A stretch of DNA of 63,333 bases, filler included, from Choristocarpus tenellus KU-1152 (lineage: Eukaryota > Protista > Phaeophyceae): the NCBI GenBank assembly GCA_964200185.2. It is 12 parts of 12 records of this genome, joined end to end, with 100 filler letters (N's around TTAATTAATTAA, not from the genome) between each part and the next. Parts side by side here need not be neighbours in the genome. Positions count along the whole stretch, not along the records: positions 11,311 to 14,962 come from CAXNAD020018716.1; positions 15,063 to 19,318 come from CAXNAD020015457.1; positions 19,419 to 24,992 come from CAXNAD020010377.1; positions 25,093 to 29,295 come from CAXNAD020015719.1; 8 more parts are not named here. One strand, written 5' to 3'. Position numbers and translations under genes: made by a program. Below, piece by piece: positions 13,385 through 26,198 of this stretch (its first letter is position 1; each line of letters starts with the position of its first letter). The notes beneath the pieces were generated by a model. The model worked only from the letters and a program-made list of their open reading frames with translations, was not told where the DNA came from and did no database searches.

Positions 13385-15762
13385 TTAACATTAACATGTA
13401 TTTCGCATTTGGAGCATCATTTGAATGTGAACCCGAAACCATTCTGGATTTTTTGTATTCTACCTTATTTTTTCAAAATTGAAGGCCTATATGAGTCGTG
13501 ATGTGACCCGTATTGTGTTTGGGGAATATTTTCTGCTGAAAAGAGGTATGCATATCTTACCTCGTCTGCGCAACACAGATAAACAGTTGGCACCCTCTCA
13601 ACCCAGACGATGTCAACCATCTTGAAGTCCTCCTTGACAAACCCCACCTCGTCACCAGAGCTGCGCTACCCCCTATGGCTGGAGTAGTCCCCTGGTGTTC
13701 CATTCTACAGTCTCCTTTTGGTGAACAGTGAAAGGAGAGAACACCAATGCCGTAGTGCGATGGCTCCGTTCGCATAATACAAACATTACACTTCTAACTG
13801 CCTCTCCCTCCTCGACAGGCGGCTCCAAAGGTACATGTCCCTTGCCATAAATTCAGGCAAAAGCCCCAGTTTATTCTCCCTCCAGGGTCCTGGAAGGTTT
13901 GGACATCACCTACTGTCCACCTGGTACAGTAGCTCGAAATTTTGATGTAGACTAAAGGAGTTACATAATCAGCTCGGCGAGCCAAAATGATTCATGTATG
14001 TCGAACATTAGACTTTTGGATTGTCATTTCCCGTTTACTACACTCCATGTACAACGTTCTACAACTAACTGCCACATGAGACCATCCAGTTCAACGAACC
14101 TATATCATCAATAACAACACATGGAGGGATGAAGAAGGTAAAAAAACTACCCTATCCAAACGTGGTTGAGCAGTAACCCTGTGCATGGACTTGATGCCTG
14201 GAAGGCAGGACACGGAAACCATGTCGTCCACAGCAGTTGACCTCATGAGAAGGAACATGATGAACAATCATCTGCCTTATGAGGGTGTTTAGGCATCAAA
14301 ACTCTTGCTTCCACCTCCCCGTGCTTCACACCACCCTTGTCTGTCCACACCTGTATATAGGTGGCAACAGCCAGGGGAGAAGAAATAGTTGATGAGCCGC
14401 ATGAAACACACTGCAATGAATATGGATAATAGCAATGATGAGGGCACAATTGTTTGTGGAGGAGGATGGTATCTTTGGGAAAAATGTAAATCAAGTCCTG
14501 AAAATATGTGCAGAGGAATGGATTTGTTGGATTTACCTGTTTGTTCTGTGTTTATCGAAAGTGTGAAAGAAAATTAAAATTAGATTATAACATCGCGCTG
14601 GCATTGATCTCATTGTACAATATTCTTTATAGCTCACTCTCTCCATAGCAGGCGTGTATGCATTGAAGAACTTGTTCCAAGTTACGGTAATCATCCGAGA
14701 GTCCATCATGCAAGACCCCCTCCAGAAGAGCTGGGGTCCTCTACAACACCAATGCGGGTTAAAAAACAGAATATGGCATGCTGTGACAATAACACAGCTA
14801 TTACCCTCCATCAACTAACTGCCTGGAGTGGATATCGACCACCCGTGGAGAAATGAGAGAAAGAGCCAAAGTATCTTAGAGGGTAAAGTCGCGTCCATTT
14901 GGGGGCCAAAATCCAATAACAGGGGATTCTCAAAATTGAGGATGGAGCGGGACTATGAGGATNNNNNNNNNNNNNNNNNNNNNNNNNNNNNNNNNNNNNN
15001 NNNNNNTTAATTAATTAANNNNNNNNNNNNNNNNNNNNNNNNNNNNNNNNNNNNNNNNNNNNCCCAGTCAATTTTGGGTCAAGCCCATCCTCAATGAAAA
15101 GCTCCATCCTCAATTTTTGAAATCGGCTGTTATCATTACATGTAGCAATATTAAACTATGCTACCATTGTATAACATTTTGTGTCATCCAGATTTACGCT
15201 GTTGAGGTTAATATGTGCCGGAGTCAAATATCATCTAGACCTTTCAGGTCAGTAAACAATCAAAGAGCACCCCTCAAAATCACACAAACCCAAACATGTG
15301 CTGAAAATGCTCGCACTTCTCCATCACACTTTACCCTACAATACGTAATCCACTATCACTATTTGAGGAAAAGAGTAGGAAGGGGACAGTACAGAGCCTG
15401 CACAGAGCACTGTTGGACCTCAAGACAGTTCTACGAAGCCTATTTGCAATAAAAAATTAACACAAATGAGATCATGCCCTCTACTTTTTTATGCACAATC
15501 AATATAAAAAATGTTTTATCCTCTCGTTGTCCATAACAACCCAAACATCATACAGGCGATCTTGTGGTCAATACTGTTGATAAGTATCTACTAGTACAAC
15601 ATCAGATCATAACACAATCCCTCAGGTCTATAACACACTGCGTCACCCCATTTATCCCTCTGCTACAAGTTCCCCTGTTGAAAAGAGAAGTGGACAGATA
15701 GATATTTAGGAGGTTCTCATTGCAAGAATTTCCTAATTCATCCCTTCGATACTTCAGCCTAC

Positions 15763-17807
15763 CATTGTGTCCAAGTGGTTGTCATGCACATGGTTCCAAT
15801 TGCATTCATCAGGATCATTGGTAGGGTTTTTGTCGTCATCCCATTGCTTGTTTGACGTCCCAATGTCTGTAGGCATGCAACGAGGAAAGATCTTAGTTAC
15901 AAATATGCAGTGCATTGGATGCCCGTTTCAAAAGCTCTATAGTATTCGTAATTTCCACCTGTCGTGGGAAACAATCCCACAAGTTTGACCTGATCATACA
16001 AATCTAGAACAACTAAATTAGGTATAGAACAGAGAAATCCACGACATTTCAAAGTACCGGTTAGTACAACATAAACTTGTTTTTATCCTAACAACCACCT
16101 GGTGGTTGTTGTAGACTTGAGGTTTAGAAGAGTACACACTACTAATGATTCCGCAAGAATAATGTAAGGATTCTCAAAGCTTGACTAGGGAGGCTAAATA
16201 CAAGTGCACAACAACTACAGCACATGTATTCAGTTTTCTATGGAGTGTCCTGTAGTAGTTGCAAAATAGTTACTGTGTATGAAGATCCAAGTGCCCTTTC
16301 TACAACGAAGTCCGAGTCCATTGTGTGGAATAGAACCCAAAATCACTGGGATGCAGTCACCAACAAAATACTCACAGATGCCCTCGCCGTTTTTGCCCTC
16401 TAAATCTGAGTCGACTCTGAAGTCGTGGATGCCACAACCTGATATGATGTTGTCGTAGATTTCTGTGAAGGTGACAAAGTACCTCAGACGTATGCATTCA
16501 CCACCAGCATTCTTGACGTTCATGTTGCGAATAATAAGCCCATCCACTGCTGAGAGGTACTGAGTTGAACCATTTCCAAGAAGACGAGGTTCCCTTTCCC
16601 CATGAGCGAACAGGAGTTTATCAATAAACACGTTCGAGCCCTCTTCCAACTCCCCATCTATTGTAAAGTGCTTCACGAATTTTCCCCAAGGGATCGATAC
16701 AGCAGCATATATATATATGTGTGTGTGTGTGAAAAAAATTCGAGGTGAGTGGGCCTTTTAACACAGGACATATTAGTTGGACAAAGAAGAATGTCGGTAC
16801 AAGAAACGTTGTTCCAAGTTCGGCTAGTGCGAAGTAATTGTACATACTTTAAGATTCTGGCGCTCAAATTCTGTACACCACAGGGGAATCCACATAAGGT
16901 CGGAGCTAAGACAAAACGGTGAATGCAAGAGGTCAATTTGCGCAATGGAGCAGTAGACTCCCAGCACGTTCTTATTGTTCGATGTGCCGAAAACCAAGGT
17001 ACGATCACTGCTGAGCCGTTTGTCGCTAATGTATTGCATATCTCCTAAGTAATGTAGAGTTCTTTGTGCTTCGAACATAAATGTTCAGACTACTTTCTCA
17101 GTACCTCAGGGGTTTTCTGCTGAAATTCTAACACAATTACCCTGCTTCCCCATAGGCTGTCTTTGGTGTTCAAAAGACAATCTCCTCACCTCGATGGTGT
17201 AGTAGTCGTGATGTACCTGAAACAATCTGTTGGAATTATCCGTACCCCTAAGTATCACTTCACCCGTAGTACTTGCTACAGGACCTCGTACGGTGATGCG
17301 GTTGTCAATTTCCCCGTCGATCTTGGTCTCGATGTTCTCATAGTACACTCCTCGGACGAGGACGATTGTGTCTCCCGGCTGGACTCTGTCCAACGCGTCC
17401 TATCGGTCAAGACGTGCATTTTCAAGGAGGGTGGTTTCTGAACGACACTATCTGTCTAGACACTCCTGAGGATGCATTCCCCTTTAATTTCAAAATTGAT
17501 CCAAAACCTGTGGCTTGAGATTGTTGTGAGAAAATCAAGTTCATGAACACATGATGAGGTGGTGGTGGGCACGGAATAGTCTCGTGTAGAACTTTTATGG
17601 TTGAATCGTTGATCCAAGTTAATCTGCCTTGCTGGTCACAATGCGGCAAAATTTAGAATGTGATCGGATTGGATCTATTCCAGGAAGTACGCTACTTTGA
17701 TGTGTTGACCTCACCTGAATCGAATCGCTTGGAGATACCTCGATCACTTCGCCTACAGTTATTGCTAGAAGTGTCAGAAAAGTTGAGAAGATGGAGATGA
17801 AGACCAT
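15763..17807 (-). CDS. Secreted right-handed parallel beta-helix (pectin-lyase fold) protein, exons 1-4; 3' end missing
   Basis: Exons 17807-17715 (signal peptide MVFISIFSTFLTLLAITVG), 17399-17190, 16670-16376 and 15866-15763, with consistent phases 0/0/1/0. Motifs: SIQDALDRVQPGDTIVLVRGVY, NAGGECIRLRY, GEGIYIGTS, ECNWNHVHDNHLDT. Confidence 0.85.
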
Positions 17808-18875
17808 GATGCCTCGTTTTCTTGAGTCTGTGAATGAAACCTTGTAATGAGCACCTTTGCTTTCGGCGAAATTCGGTAGTAAAATAAAATGGTAAGAGAT
17901 GTGAGATTAGGGATGTATGAAGAAAATGTAATCCGTAAATTCAAGATATATATATATATATGTTCTTACAAAATGGAACTTCATCTAAGAGAACGATGTT
18001 AATATACAATTCAAGTCTACATTTGTATTATATTTCTTTGTGGCAGAACAGAACTTCTATATGACACTACACAACCAGCATTCATGTGAGAAAATTCTCT
18101 ACGGTAAATCTAACTCCAGAGTTATATTTATTTATTCCGCCCAGAATACAGGTTTATTGTAGAGTCAGTATGTATTAAAAAAAACTTGAACACAAACCAA
18201 TGGATCTCCTAATAGTCAAATCATTTTTAGTAATAGTATTGCTCGCCTTTTATATTTTTTTGGGGTTGGTGGTATGGTTTTAGGGTTAGGACTAAGGTTA
18301 GAGTTACATACGTATTTTACAGTGGATTCTGTTTCAACCAGTTATGTATACAAAATAATGAGAGTTATTTCTGTATGAACTGGGGACTCATGTTGATGTC
18401 TGGCGAACGGGAGGTTTCAGGTGGAAGGGGAGAGTGAAATAAAGGCACCTTTGTGACATACTGTGTTTGTAACAACACACATAGTGACTATTTCAAGGTC
18501 TGTCATGTGCTTGAAGCTGAAGTCCTCACCAGGTGGTGACCAGATAGATGGGATTATTCCCCCTTGATTTCTAGACCACACTACCTCCACAGTGCCAGTC
18601 TAGGGAGGATTAAAGAAGGTAGACCCAACTACTGGCTGTGTTTATTAACATTAGATATTTCTCGGGTGTTTTCTAAAAGGAGCCATATAACAACGCAATT
18701 AATGAGTGCACAGAGAAGAATTACGGAACGAGTTGGTTAAATAAGCTTTGGTAATGAACTCTGGATCAATCAGTTAGCCTCGAATTAGCCTTACACCCAC
18801 TCCACTCCCCTCAACTGATGTAATACCACTCATGCCATACCATACAATCAAACCATGACTTTGTTTCCACACTAC

Positions 18876-19118
18876 CTATGCGACCAAATTCCACTTACGA
18901 TATCAGTACAAAAACTAGTGCTGCCAATTTCCGCCACTCGTGTCCAATCATCAACCAGTACGACCAATTTTTGCCTCTGGTATCCCATGGCCAACCACCA
19001 ACCAGTGCGACCAATTTTCGCACTGGAATATAGTCACCAAATAATCCAGTCATCAACTAGCGCGGCCAATTTTCGCCAGTGGTATCCAATCACCAAACAA
19101 TTCGACCAAGTTCCGCGA
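18876..19118 (+). repeat. Degenerate minisatellite, about six units of 38-55 bp
   Basis: Core ACYAGTGCGACCAATTTTCGCC at about 18876, 18914, 18954, 19001, 19056 and 19098. Confidence 0.6.
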
Positions 19119-19794
19119 ATCCACTCCCACACCAATCCTGTCCCATAACGCTCCACCTTGTCCACTCCCATACTGTGGCTTCAAACTAGAAGATATCTAC
19201 CCTGCCCGAGCTTGACCTGACCCAAAGTATCTGGAGGGGGGGGGGGGGGGGTCACCCCCAAGTGCCCCTTTTGGCCCAAACCCAGAAAAAGGCCCCTTTA
19301 TTTCCCCTCCCCCCTTCGNNNNNNNNNNNNNNNNNNNNNNNNNNNNNNNNNNNNNNNNNNNNTTAATTAATTAANNNNNNNNNNNNNNNNNNNNNNNNNN
19401 NNNNNNNNNNNNNNNNNNCCTCCTGTGGGTCTTCCCGCTCCCCTTCATTACGAAGAACCTGTCGGCTGTTTCCACCTGCTTCACAATACTCGCCAATTAA
19501 ATATTGGGGGGTGAGCAGATCGTCGTGACCTTATAAATTATACCACTAATATATAGATTGATTGTTGCTGACGTTATATTTCCAATATTTCATTCTGTCA
19601 TCGATTTCTTTCACAATCATACTGTTCCGCCGACTCTATCGCTTCTGTGTTTACCTCCCTGTTTTGTACTCATATCTGTCCGTCACACTAACTTGTGGGG
19701 GAAATGTTTTTTCTTTCTTCGGTCTCCCTTGCAACAGCATCCGCCTTCTTGTCTTGTATCCCACAAACAACCATGTCAGAGGAGGAGGGGCGCC

Positions 19795-20620
19795 AATGAG
19801 TGGGAATGCACTTGAGCGACTCTTATGGGGTATGTTTTGTGCTGATGATGCGAACTGTCTTCAAGTCCCAAGAAGGTTCGACCAGAATGATGACATGATG
19901 GTAAAAGTCGCCAGATCATTCGGTCAGACCGTGATGGCATTAAAGATGGAGAGCATGTGTCTTTGGCCTCCTAATCAAAGCTGTAGAAACCATGCAGATC
20001 CAGGCAAAGGACCAGACCTACAACCCTACTAATAAGTTTGTTCATCTTGACGGAACTGTGAATGACGATGTCGCTACTACTGGTGAGATCAGTCGGAGGA
20101 TTGAGAAAGTTTGGAGTTGTTTTCGCAAATACAGCCAGGTGCTTTATGACTGGACGTCAGATGTATCACTTCAGCTTAAGATCCGACATTTCAAGGTTGG
20201 AGTGCTTAAAATTCTGATATGTGGTTTTATGATGTGGGCACTTCACGGCTACGTTCATTAATTGGATCTCTATTCTCATCACCACAAATTCCTCCTCCGC
20301 TATATAGAATTCCTCAAACAGGACCACACCGATCATTTCTTGTCCTACAGAGATGCTCTTGTGAAAACTGAGTGTGAGAATATGGGCACAACCGTGCACA
20401 AGTGGAGACTCCTATTTGCTGGGTCACTCGCACACATGGAGTCCCTGAGGTGTTAATGTTTTGGGAGCTTGCGACTGGAAAGTCAAAGCAAGGTGAACAG
20501 GAAAAGAAGTAGTGGACATGCCTCCAAGACAACCTTGAGAAGTTAGGGATTGCAGTTGAGGGTTGGAGCACCAGGGCCACTAGCCAGCAAGAGTGATACG
20601 AGTTTCATGACAGAGTGGTA
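19795..20620 (+). mobile_element. 5'-truncated, decayed RTE-like LINE (RT domain and C-terminal region)
   Basis: LWGMFCADDA (YADD equivalent), FVHLDGTV, EISRRI, LKIRHFK, HHKFLLRYI, LSYRDALVKTECE, WRLLFAG, across frameshifts. Confidence 0.85.
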
Positions 20621-21160
20621 ATCCAAGGAAGGTGTGATGTCCATTGTAGTATGTCATGTCAAAGCAGCAGCTACGGCCGTCTAAGTTGTCAACACTTACT
20701 ACCATCACTGTCTGCTGAATACTGCTTTCTCATCGTCTTCTCTTTTGGGGTTTCATTTTCTTCCCCCATCCCCTGACAATATTGTTGGGGTTATTTTTTT
20801 TCCTCGTGCAACTTCTGTTCCTCCTGTACTCCTCTTTTCTTTTTATTTTCATTTAATTTATTTTTAGTCCTTGTTGCCTTTTCTCAACCAGGGTATGTAT
20901 GTTGCCTTCATCGGACTACCTTTTCTACGGTGGAGGGTCTGAGATCCTTCAGAATAGTTAATGTGGTGATTACAATAAGATAATAGTACTAATGCTTGAT
21001 CCGTCATGTCGCAATCATTTCTTCGCTCTCTGTCCCCACCATTCCACCCGTCTAAAAACAAATTACACTCTCAGATGAATGTTTTGGATAATGCTGTCAA
21101 GTGACAATCTTGCTCAGTATACTTTCTCTGTCTCACATTTGACAAACCATAATGGACCGA

Positions 21161-21418
21161 GAGCCAAACCAATTGAGAGGTAGGCAGGTTTGGATCCTTT
21201 TGCATTCTAAACCATATCTATCTTTTCCTGTGCAATACGCTCTATTTCATTGCTCTGTATGTACAATAGTGTACGGAAGTATATTCCCCCTTTCCATGCA
21301 CGAATTGACACCATAATTCAGCAAAGGCTCGTTCTGTAGTTGTATAAAATTAAACATTTTTACCCTTTCTCAGAATCCCTGAAATGCAACCCTGCCTACC
21401 TCCCAGTCCGTTTGACTC
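21161..21418. mobile_element. MITE family B' (TIR GAGCCAAACCAATTGAGAGGTAGGCAGG)
   Basis: Imperfect TIRs, flanked by CGA/CGA. Partial copies at 27866-27899 and about 28140-28298. Confidence 0.7.
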
Positions 21419-21537
21419 CGAGTGATCCTATCTCACTTTAAGGAGTCAGTGAGACTGACTGCCTTTGAGTCCATGTACTTCTATCCCTCTGAATGGCGGT
21501 TTTGTACATATGTGGACGAACATTTATCTTCAGCTCA

Positions 21538-21794
21538 GAGTCAATGTAAACGAGAGGTACCCATAATTGCATTTTAAGGATGCCAACAAGTATGTTGAAA
21601 TTTCGACTTTTTGTACAAATGCTTGTGGAGAATTTAAATGAATTTTTTCGATAATTTAAAAATAGAGAAATCAGTGTTCTCAAGTTAATCTTAGCACTCC
21701 ATTCACAGAAATCAAGGTGACTTGCAAAAGATTGAAACACTGTCTTAAAATGCAAAACGGCCAATACCTGGGTACCTCTCGTTTACTTTGGCTC
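21538..21794. mobile_element. MITE family B copy
   Basis: TIRs ...GTAAACGAGAGGTACCCA / TGGGTACCTCTCGTTTACTTTGGCTC. Confidence 0.8.
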
Positions 21795-23762
21795 TGATGG
21801 TAAATTTATCAGGTGGTGTCCAGTACCCAGGACCTCAGTTGTTATTTTGGTTGTGCATAATAAAAGGGTGATTGTATGTGGTGTGGGATACTCTTCCATA
21901 AATGACATGTGCTATAATGGAAATTAAACTAGAGATTGTTGGCCCACATCCCACATGGAATTGACTACGAAATCTTTAAAGGAGGGACAAAATCAGACAC
22001 GCCAACAAAAGAGCAGTCAATGAAGTAGGGCGATAGTAGAGGGGTTGAAGATGTAAGTTGAAGGATCATTGTGGTGGTCTTGAATCAGGTATGACGTTGA
22101 GTTCTACATAGATCAAGAGATGTACCTCCATATGGTACCTGATTGTGATGAAGTACTCTCTTGGCAATTGTTGGATTTGTAGGATTGGATGTTTGGGAAA
22201 TCAGGTTGAAGTTGTGGTTTCACGATGTGACCAAATAAAGGTATAGTCTATTGAACACAAAAGTTGTTCAATGATCTTCATCCTCACTTGTGATGTTGTA
22301 TAGGGTCGTTGAATTGGAAGATCTTCTCCTTTTAAATTTAGAACGTACGTATAGGATGGGTTGCAAGAAACTGGAAAACAATACTTTTTAGAGGTGCAAA
22401 ATGTCAGAGTCACCACATTCCACATTGCACCACTACTATACAAAAAGTGGTACCAGTAGCTTCGCTCTCTGTGGCTTTTCTGCTTGTTTTCACCGTGTGG
22501 CCCCACTGATACACAACAATATATATATCAAATTAAAGGGTATAACAAGAGCTTTTGAAGGTTTCTATCCACGAGTGTCCAGCCTTCGGGGAACGGGAGC
22601 TATGTCCAGATGAAATAATGGATAAAAAAACGCTGGGAATATCTCCAACTCAATTTCGAAGTGCACGACTTCAAAAAATACAAAAAGGAAGTGGTTAGCC
22701 GAACTCCTTGCAGAAACCTGGCCCGGGGTAGGTCGCTGCCCAAGTTTGGTTGGTGGGGCTGTACCGGAAAAAAAGCAAATCCCCCAACATTTCCAGACAT
22801 TTTTTTATCGGGACATCTTTTTAACGCCCTTTGCGGACTTTCTGTGAGCACACACTCGAGACTTGCGCAGCAACATGAACCACGACGGTGAGACAAGGAG
22901 AGCCGCAGAGGCCACTCTGCCCTCTGGATCTACCCTCGGCACCTTCTCTGTTGAGAGTCAGCGGAAAAGTAAGTACCGTGTGACACTCAGTGCGATGTTA
23001 GGTGACGAGAAAGTGCGAGATAGTGTGGCGCAGCAGCATGATCAAATCACAAAATGGATCACGGGGCCGCGATACTGAGGCTGAGAGACGATGCATTGAA
23101 AGCATTACCACACAAATGTGGTAAGATCTTCAACTGATGCAGAGCACTGCTCTGCAGTATATGCCGCCTTTGGAAAGCAGGAAAAGAGAGCGGCAAGTCC
23201 ATCACCACGTGGTATAGTGACTAAGTCTGTGGGGAAGCCTGGTCACGGAGGGCGAAGGGAGAACCAGAGTGGCCGCCCGAAGGGAAGATTGAGGAAGAGA
23301 GAATGCAACTGCCTGCCATTGCGCTCAGGAAATGCCTAAGCGAGAACCCAGGTATAGAATATCTTAGTAGTTGACAGTTACAGCAGGCCCTGGCTGTTTG
23401 GAGGCTATGTGAGCCGGAATGACTTAAGGAAACGAGAAATGTGTTAGGGTTGGACTACAAGGGTTCTGAAGTCCGAAAGAAGGTCTAAAGGGCTCGCAAG
23501 GCGGAGGAGAAAGCGATTGTAACAGAGGCAGCTGTGGAGATGTTTCGCTACCACCAAATCCTTTACTTAGAAGAGGTCGTGGAGCAAGTGGAGGTAACCA
23601 TCGACAGGGACGCCAGAGAGGAGGAGGAGGTGAGACTGAGACTATTTGCACACCAGTGGTTTGGTGTCTCCCACTTCTTGCAAGATGACGTACATTCGCT
23701 TTTGTTCCTGAATTTAGGGTTGGACGTATACAGTTGATTAAGGCTTTCTTCCAGCCTGCATT

Positions 23763-24023
23763 GAGTCAAAGTATCTTAGAGGGTAAAGCCGCGTCCATTT
23801 GGGGGACAAAGTCCAATGTTGCAATTTCGATGTAATTTTTGGCTATCATGTTTGTTAGGAGATGTCATTATCCGTGTTCCGGACACATCTTTTCATAACG
23901 TATACATTTTACCTACTCCGAAACATTTTGGAGTAAGTAAAATGTCATTAAAAACCCGTGGGTAGCCAAGCTGCTAATGGTCAAAAAGGGAAAAACTCGT
24001 ACCCTCTAAAGATACTTTCATTC
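23763..24023. mobile_element. MITE family A copy
   Basis: TIRs present; flanked by ATT/ATT. Confidence 0.85.
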
Positions 24024-24622
24024 ATTCATTTGAGAAATCAAAACAATTTTCGATCAACTCAAGCCTGTCCTCCCTCGCCCTTGCGCCTTGATTGAAAAAA
24101 TATATCACCCATCCAGGAAACACGGATAACGCCCATTTCCGGTGCTCAGTAAGGAAATGTGATAGTTAAGACTAACACAGCGAATCCTGTACGTGTGTGT
24201 GTATGAACGACGGGAAAGACTGTCAAATGGCGCTCGAGATGGCAGCAGGATATGCGATGGTCAAGGTGTGAACTGTGAGTAAATGGGAGAGAGACTTCCT
24301 AACTAACTAAGGGCCACATCAAGGTGTCAGAGCAAGGGCGCTATGAGAAGCGTTTCGTCCTGGGCCTCGACGAGGACATCCTTATCGAGGTCAAAGAGTG
24401 GGTGCGCGAACACACAGGAAGAAAGGGTGGGGAGGCTTTTTTCCCACCTAAACCCTATACTTCAATCAAGTAATAGTGCATCTGTGGCCACTCCTGGTGA
24501 CCTACAATCCTGGGTTCGAACCCCAATATGAGCGCTCTTTCTTCAAAAATAGGAAAAATGGCGAAAAAAAACGAAGTCCATACTCTGGAGGGCCTTGTGA
24601 TGGGCATCACGAATATGCTTTT

Positions 24623-24992
24623 TGTGGAAAGCATGTTTGTCTGTTGTTATACCTTTATTGCCGTATGCCATATACCGTTATTCCGTTGTACCGTTTGAGG
24701 TTCCTTATCAAGCATTCATGATTCCACTGGCGGACCCTTCCATCAGAATGAAACCATGGAATCTCTGCACGAGACCAATCCCACAGACTTGGGACAGTTC
24801 ATCATTCACAGTTAGTTGTTACACATGGAAGATCTACTTTGTTCTCATGTCTTGACTTGTAGTCATGAGGCCCTTCTTTGAAGATGCTCATGACTCCTCA
24901 ATTTGCACTTGTCCAACCTTAACCTCGTACCCTCGGTTACGATTCGTCCTTGTTCGTGTGGTCCGTCTTGCCCGGTGATTCTCTTCACCACC
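24623..24992 (+). repeat. LTR related to the 44381/47933 LTRs, truncated at a contig end
   Basis: Starts TGTGGAAAGCA..TGTT..TTATACC..ATTGCCGTATGCCATA and ends ...GTCTTGCCCGGTGATTCTCTTCA, as in those LTRs. The middle is divergent. Confidence 0.7.
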
Positions 24993-25203
24993 NNNNNNNN
25001 NNNNNNNNNNNNNNNNNNNNNNNNNNNNNNNNNNNNTTAATTAATTAANNNNNNNNNNNNNNNNNNNNNNNNNNNNNNNNNNNNNNNNNNNNGGTTTCCA
25101 CACTTACAATGTTTTATAGTGTTTTTATGTTTAGGATATTTTATTTATCTAGGGCTAATAACGACATATATATAGTTTTAATTGGTTTCCCCCCTGACAC
25201 ATC

Positions 25204-25863
25204 TGCAAAATGTCAGAGGGCATAATAATAAATTTATTATACCCTTTGACATTATTTATATTATTATTATCACTATCAGCATATTCTATTATTATGCCCT
25301 CTCACATTATGTAGGTATGTCACAAAAAAAAGCAATGAAAACTACTCACATGTCAGAAAAATCCCTAAATAAGTAACAGATGATGTCACAGATGTGAAAA
25401 ACAGTAATCTGTTTTACTATTCTAGCACACCGCCTTCCTGTGTCTCCAACCTACCTTATTCCTTTCAACTCAGGGCGAGGAACTAACCATCCCAAGAACC
25501 TAACAAGCCCCTCCTTGCCCATCTCCCTGATGTCTCCAGCTTAAAACGCATGACACGTCTAGACAGGGCCACATGCGTTGTAACAGAGACTATTTTTCGT
25601 AGGTGGGATTTGACCAGCCTTTCCTGTTGTAGCCTCCTGAGCCTCTCCCCCCTGCCGTGTGCGTAGCTAGCTCATCCAGTAAACGTTCCACCGCTAAGGT
25701 GTTGAGGTTATAAGTACGAGGGTGAAAAGAGCCCTCATCATGGGTGTGCTTTCGCACCTCACTCGCAGCAACACCTACACAATTGCTGGTGAATGAGTGT
25801 GACAGGTGAGATGCCCATAAGTATCATTACTAATATTTATATTATGCCCTCTAACATTTTGCA
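25204..25863. mobile_element. Putative TIR element of about 660 bp
   Basis: TGCAAAATGTCAGAGGGCATAATA at the left and TATTATGCCCTCTAACATTTTGCA at the right, with extra internal copies of the motif at about 25235-25290. No clear TSD. Confidence 0.55.
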
Positions 25864-25906
25864 TTACCATCATTGTTCTTGATACTTGGGATAGTCACCT
25901 TCTTAC

Positions 25907-26164
25907 CAAGGTATACCTTTAATTGACCCCCTTTGAACGTATAATATCGAGAGTCTGTTTCCTTGAATAATATAATCATTACTTCCTGATGACGTCAATA
26001 TCGGATTACTGAGTGGAACTTACAAACCCCCCCTTTTAAATCATTTCCCGACTGACCTTTTGAGGGTTGCATACCCTCCTGCCTTGTTTCGTTCCTCCTG
26101 TGATTCCCCACTCTCCTTCAGTCTGAAGAACATGTCTCTACATTTCCACCTATTTCACATATCA

Positions 26165-26198
<34 letters not shown>

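Noticed and set aside
4222-13442. Paralogous small ORFs (…LDTPFH…PTPKYFG…YPLRYF) as a peptide gene family
   Set aside because: They are chance translations of MITE family A copies, in either strand and with inconsistent frames.
13794-14820. CCCH-like motif (CLNLWQGTCTFGAACR) and possible transposase traces
   Set aside because: Too short and riddled with stops to assign a family without a search.
18876-19118. CRISPR array
   Set aside because: Repeats are degenerate, spacers are related to each other and uneven, no cas genes are present, and the context is eukaryotic.
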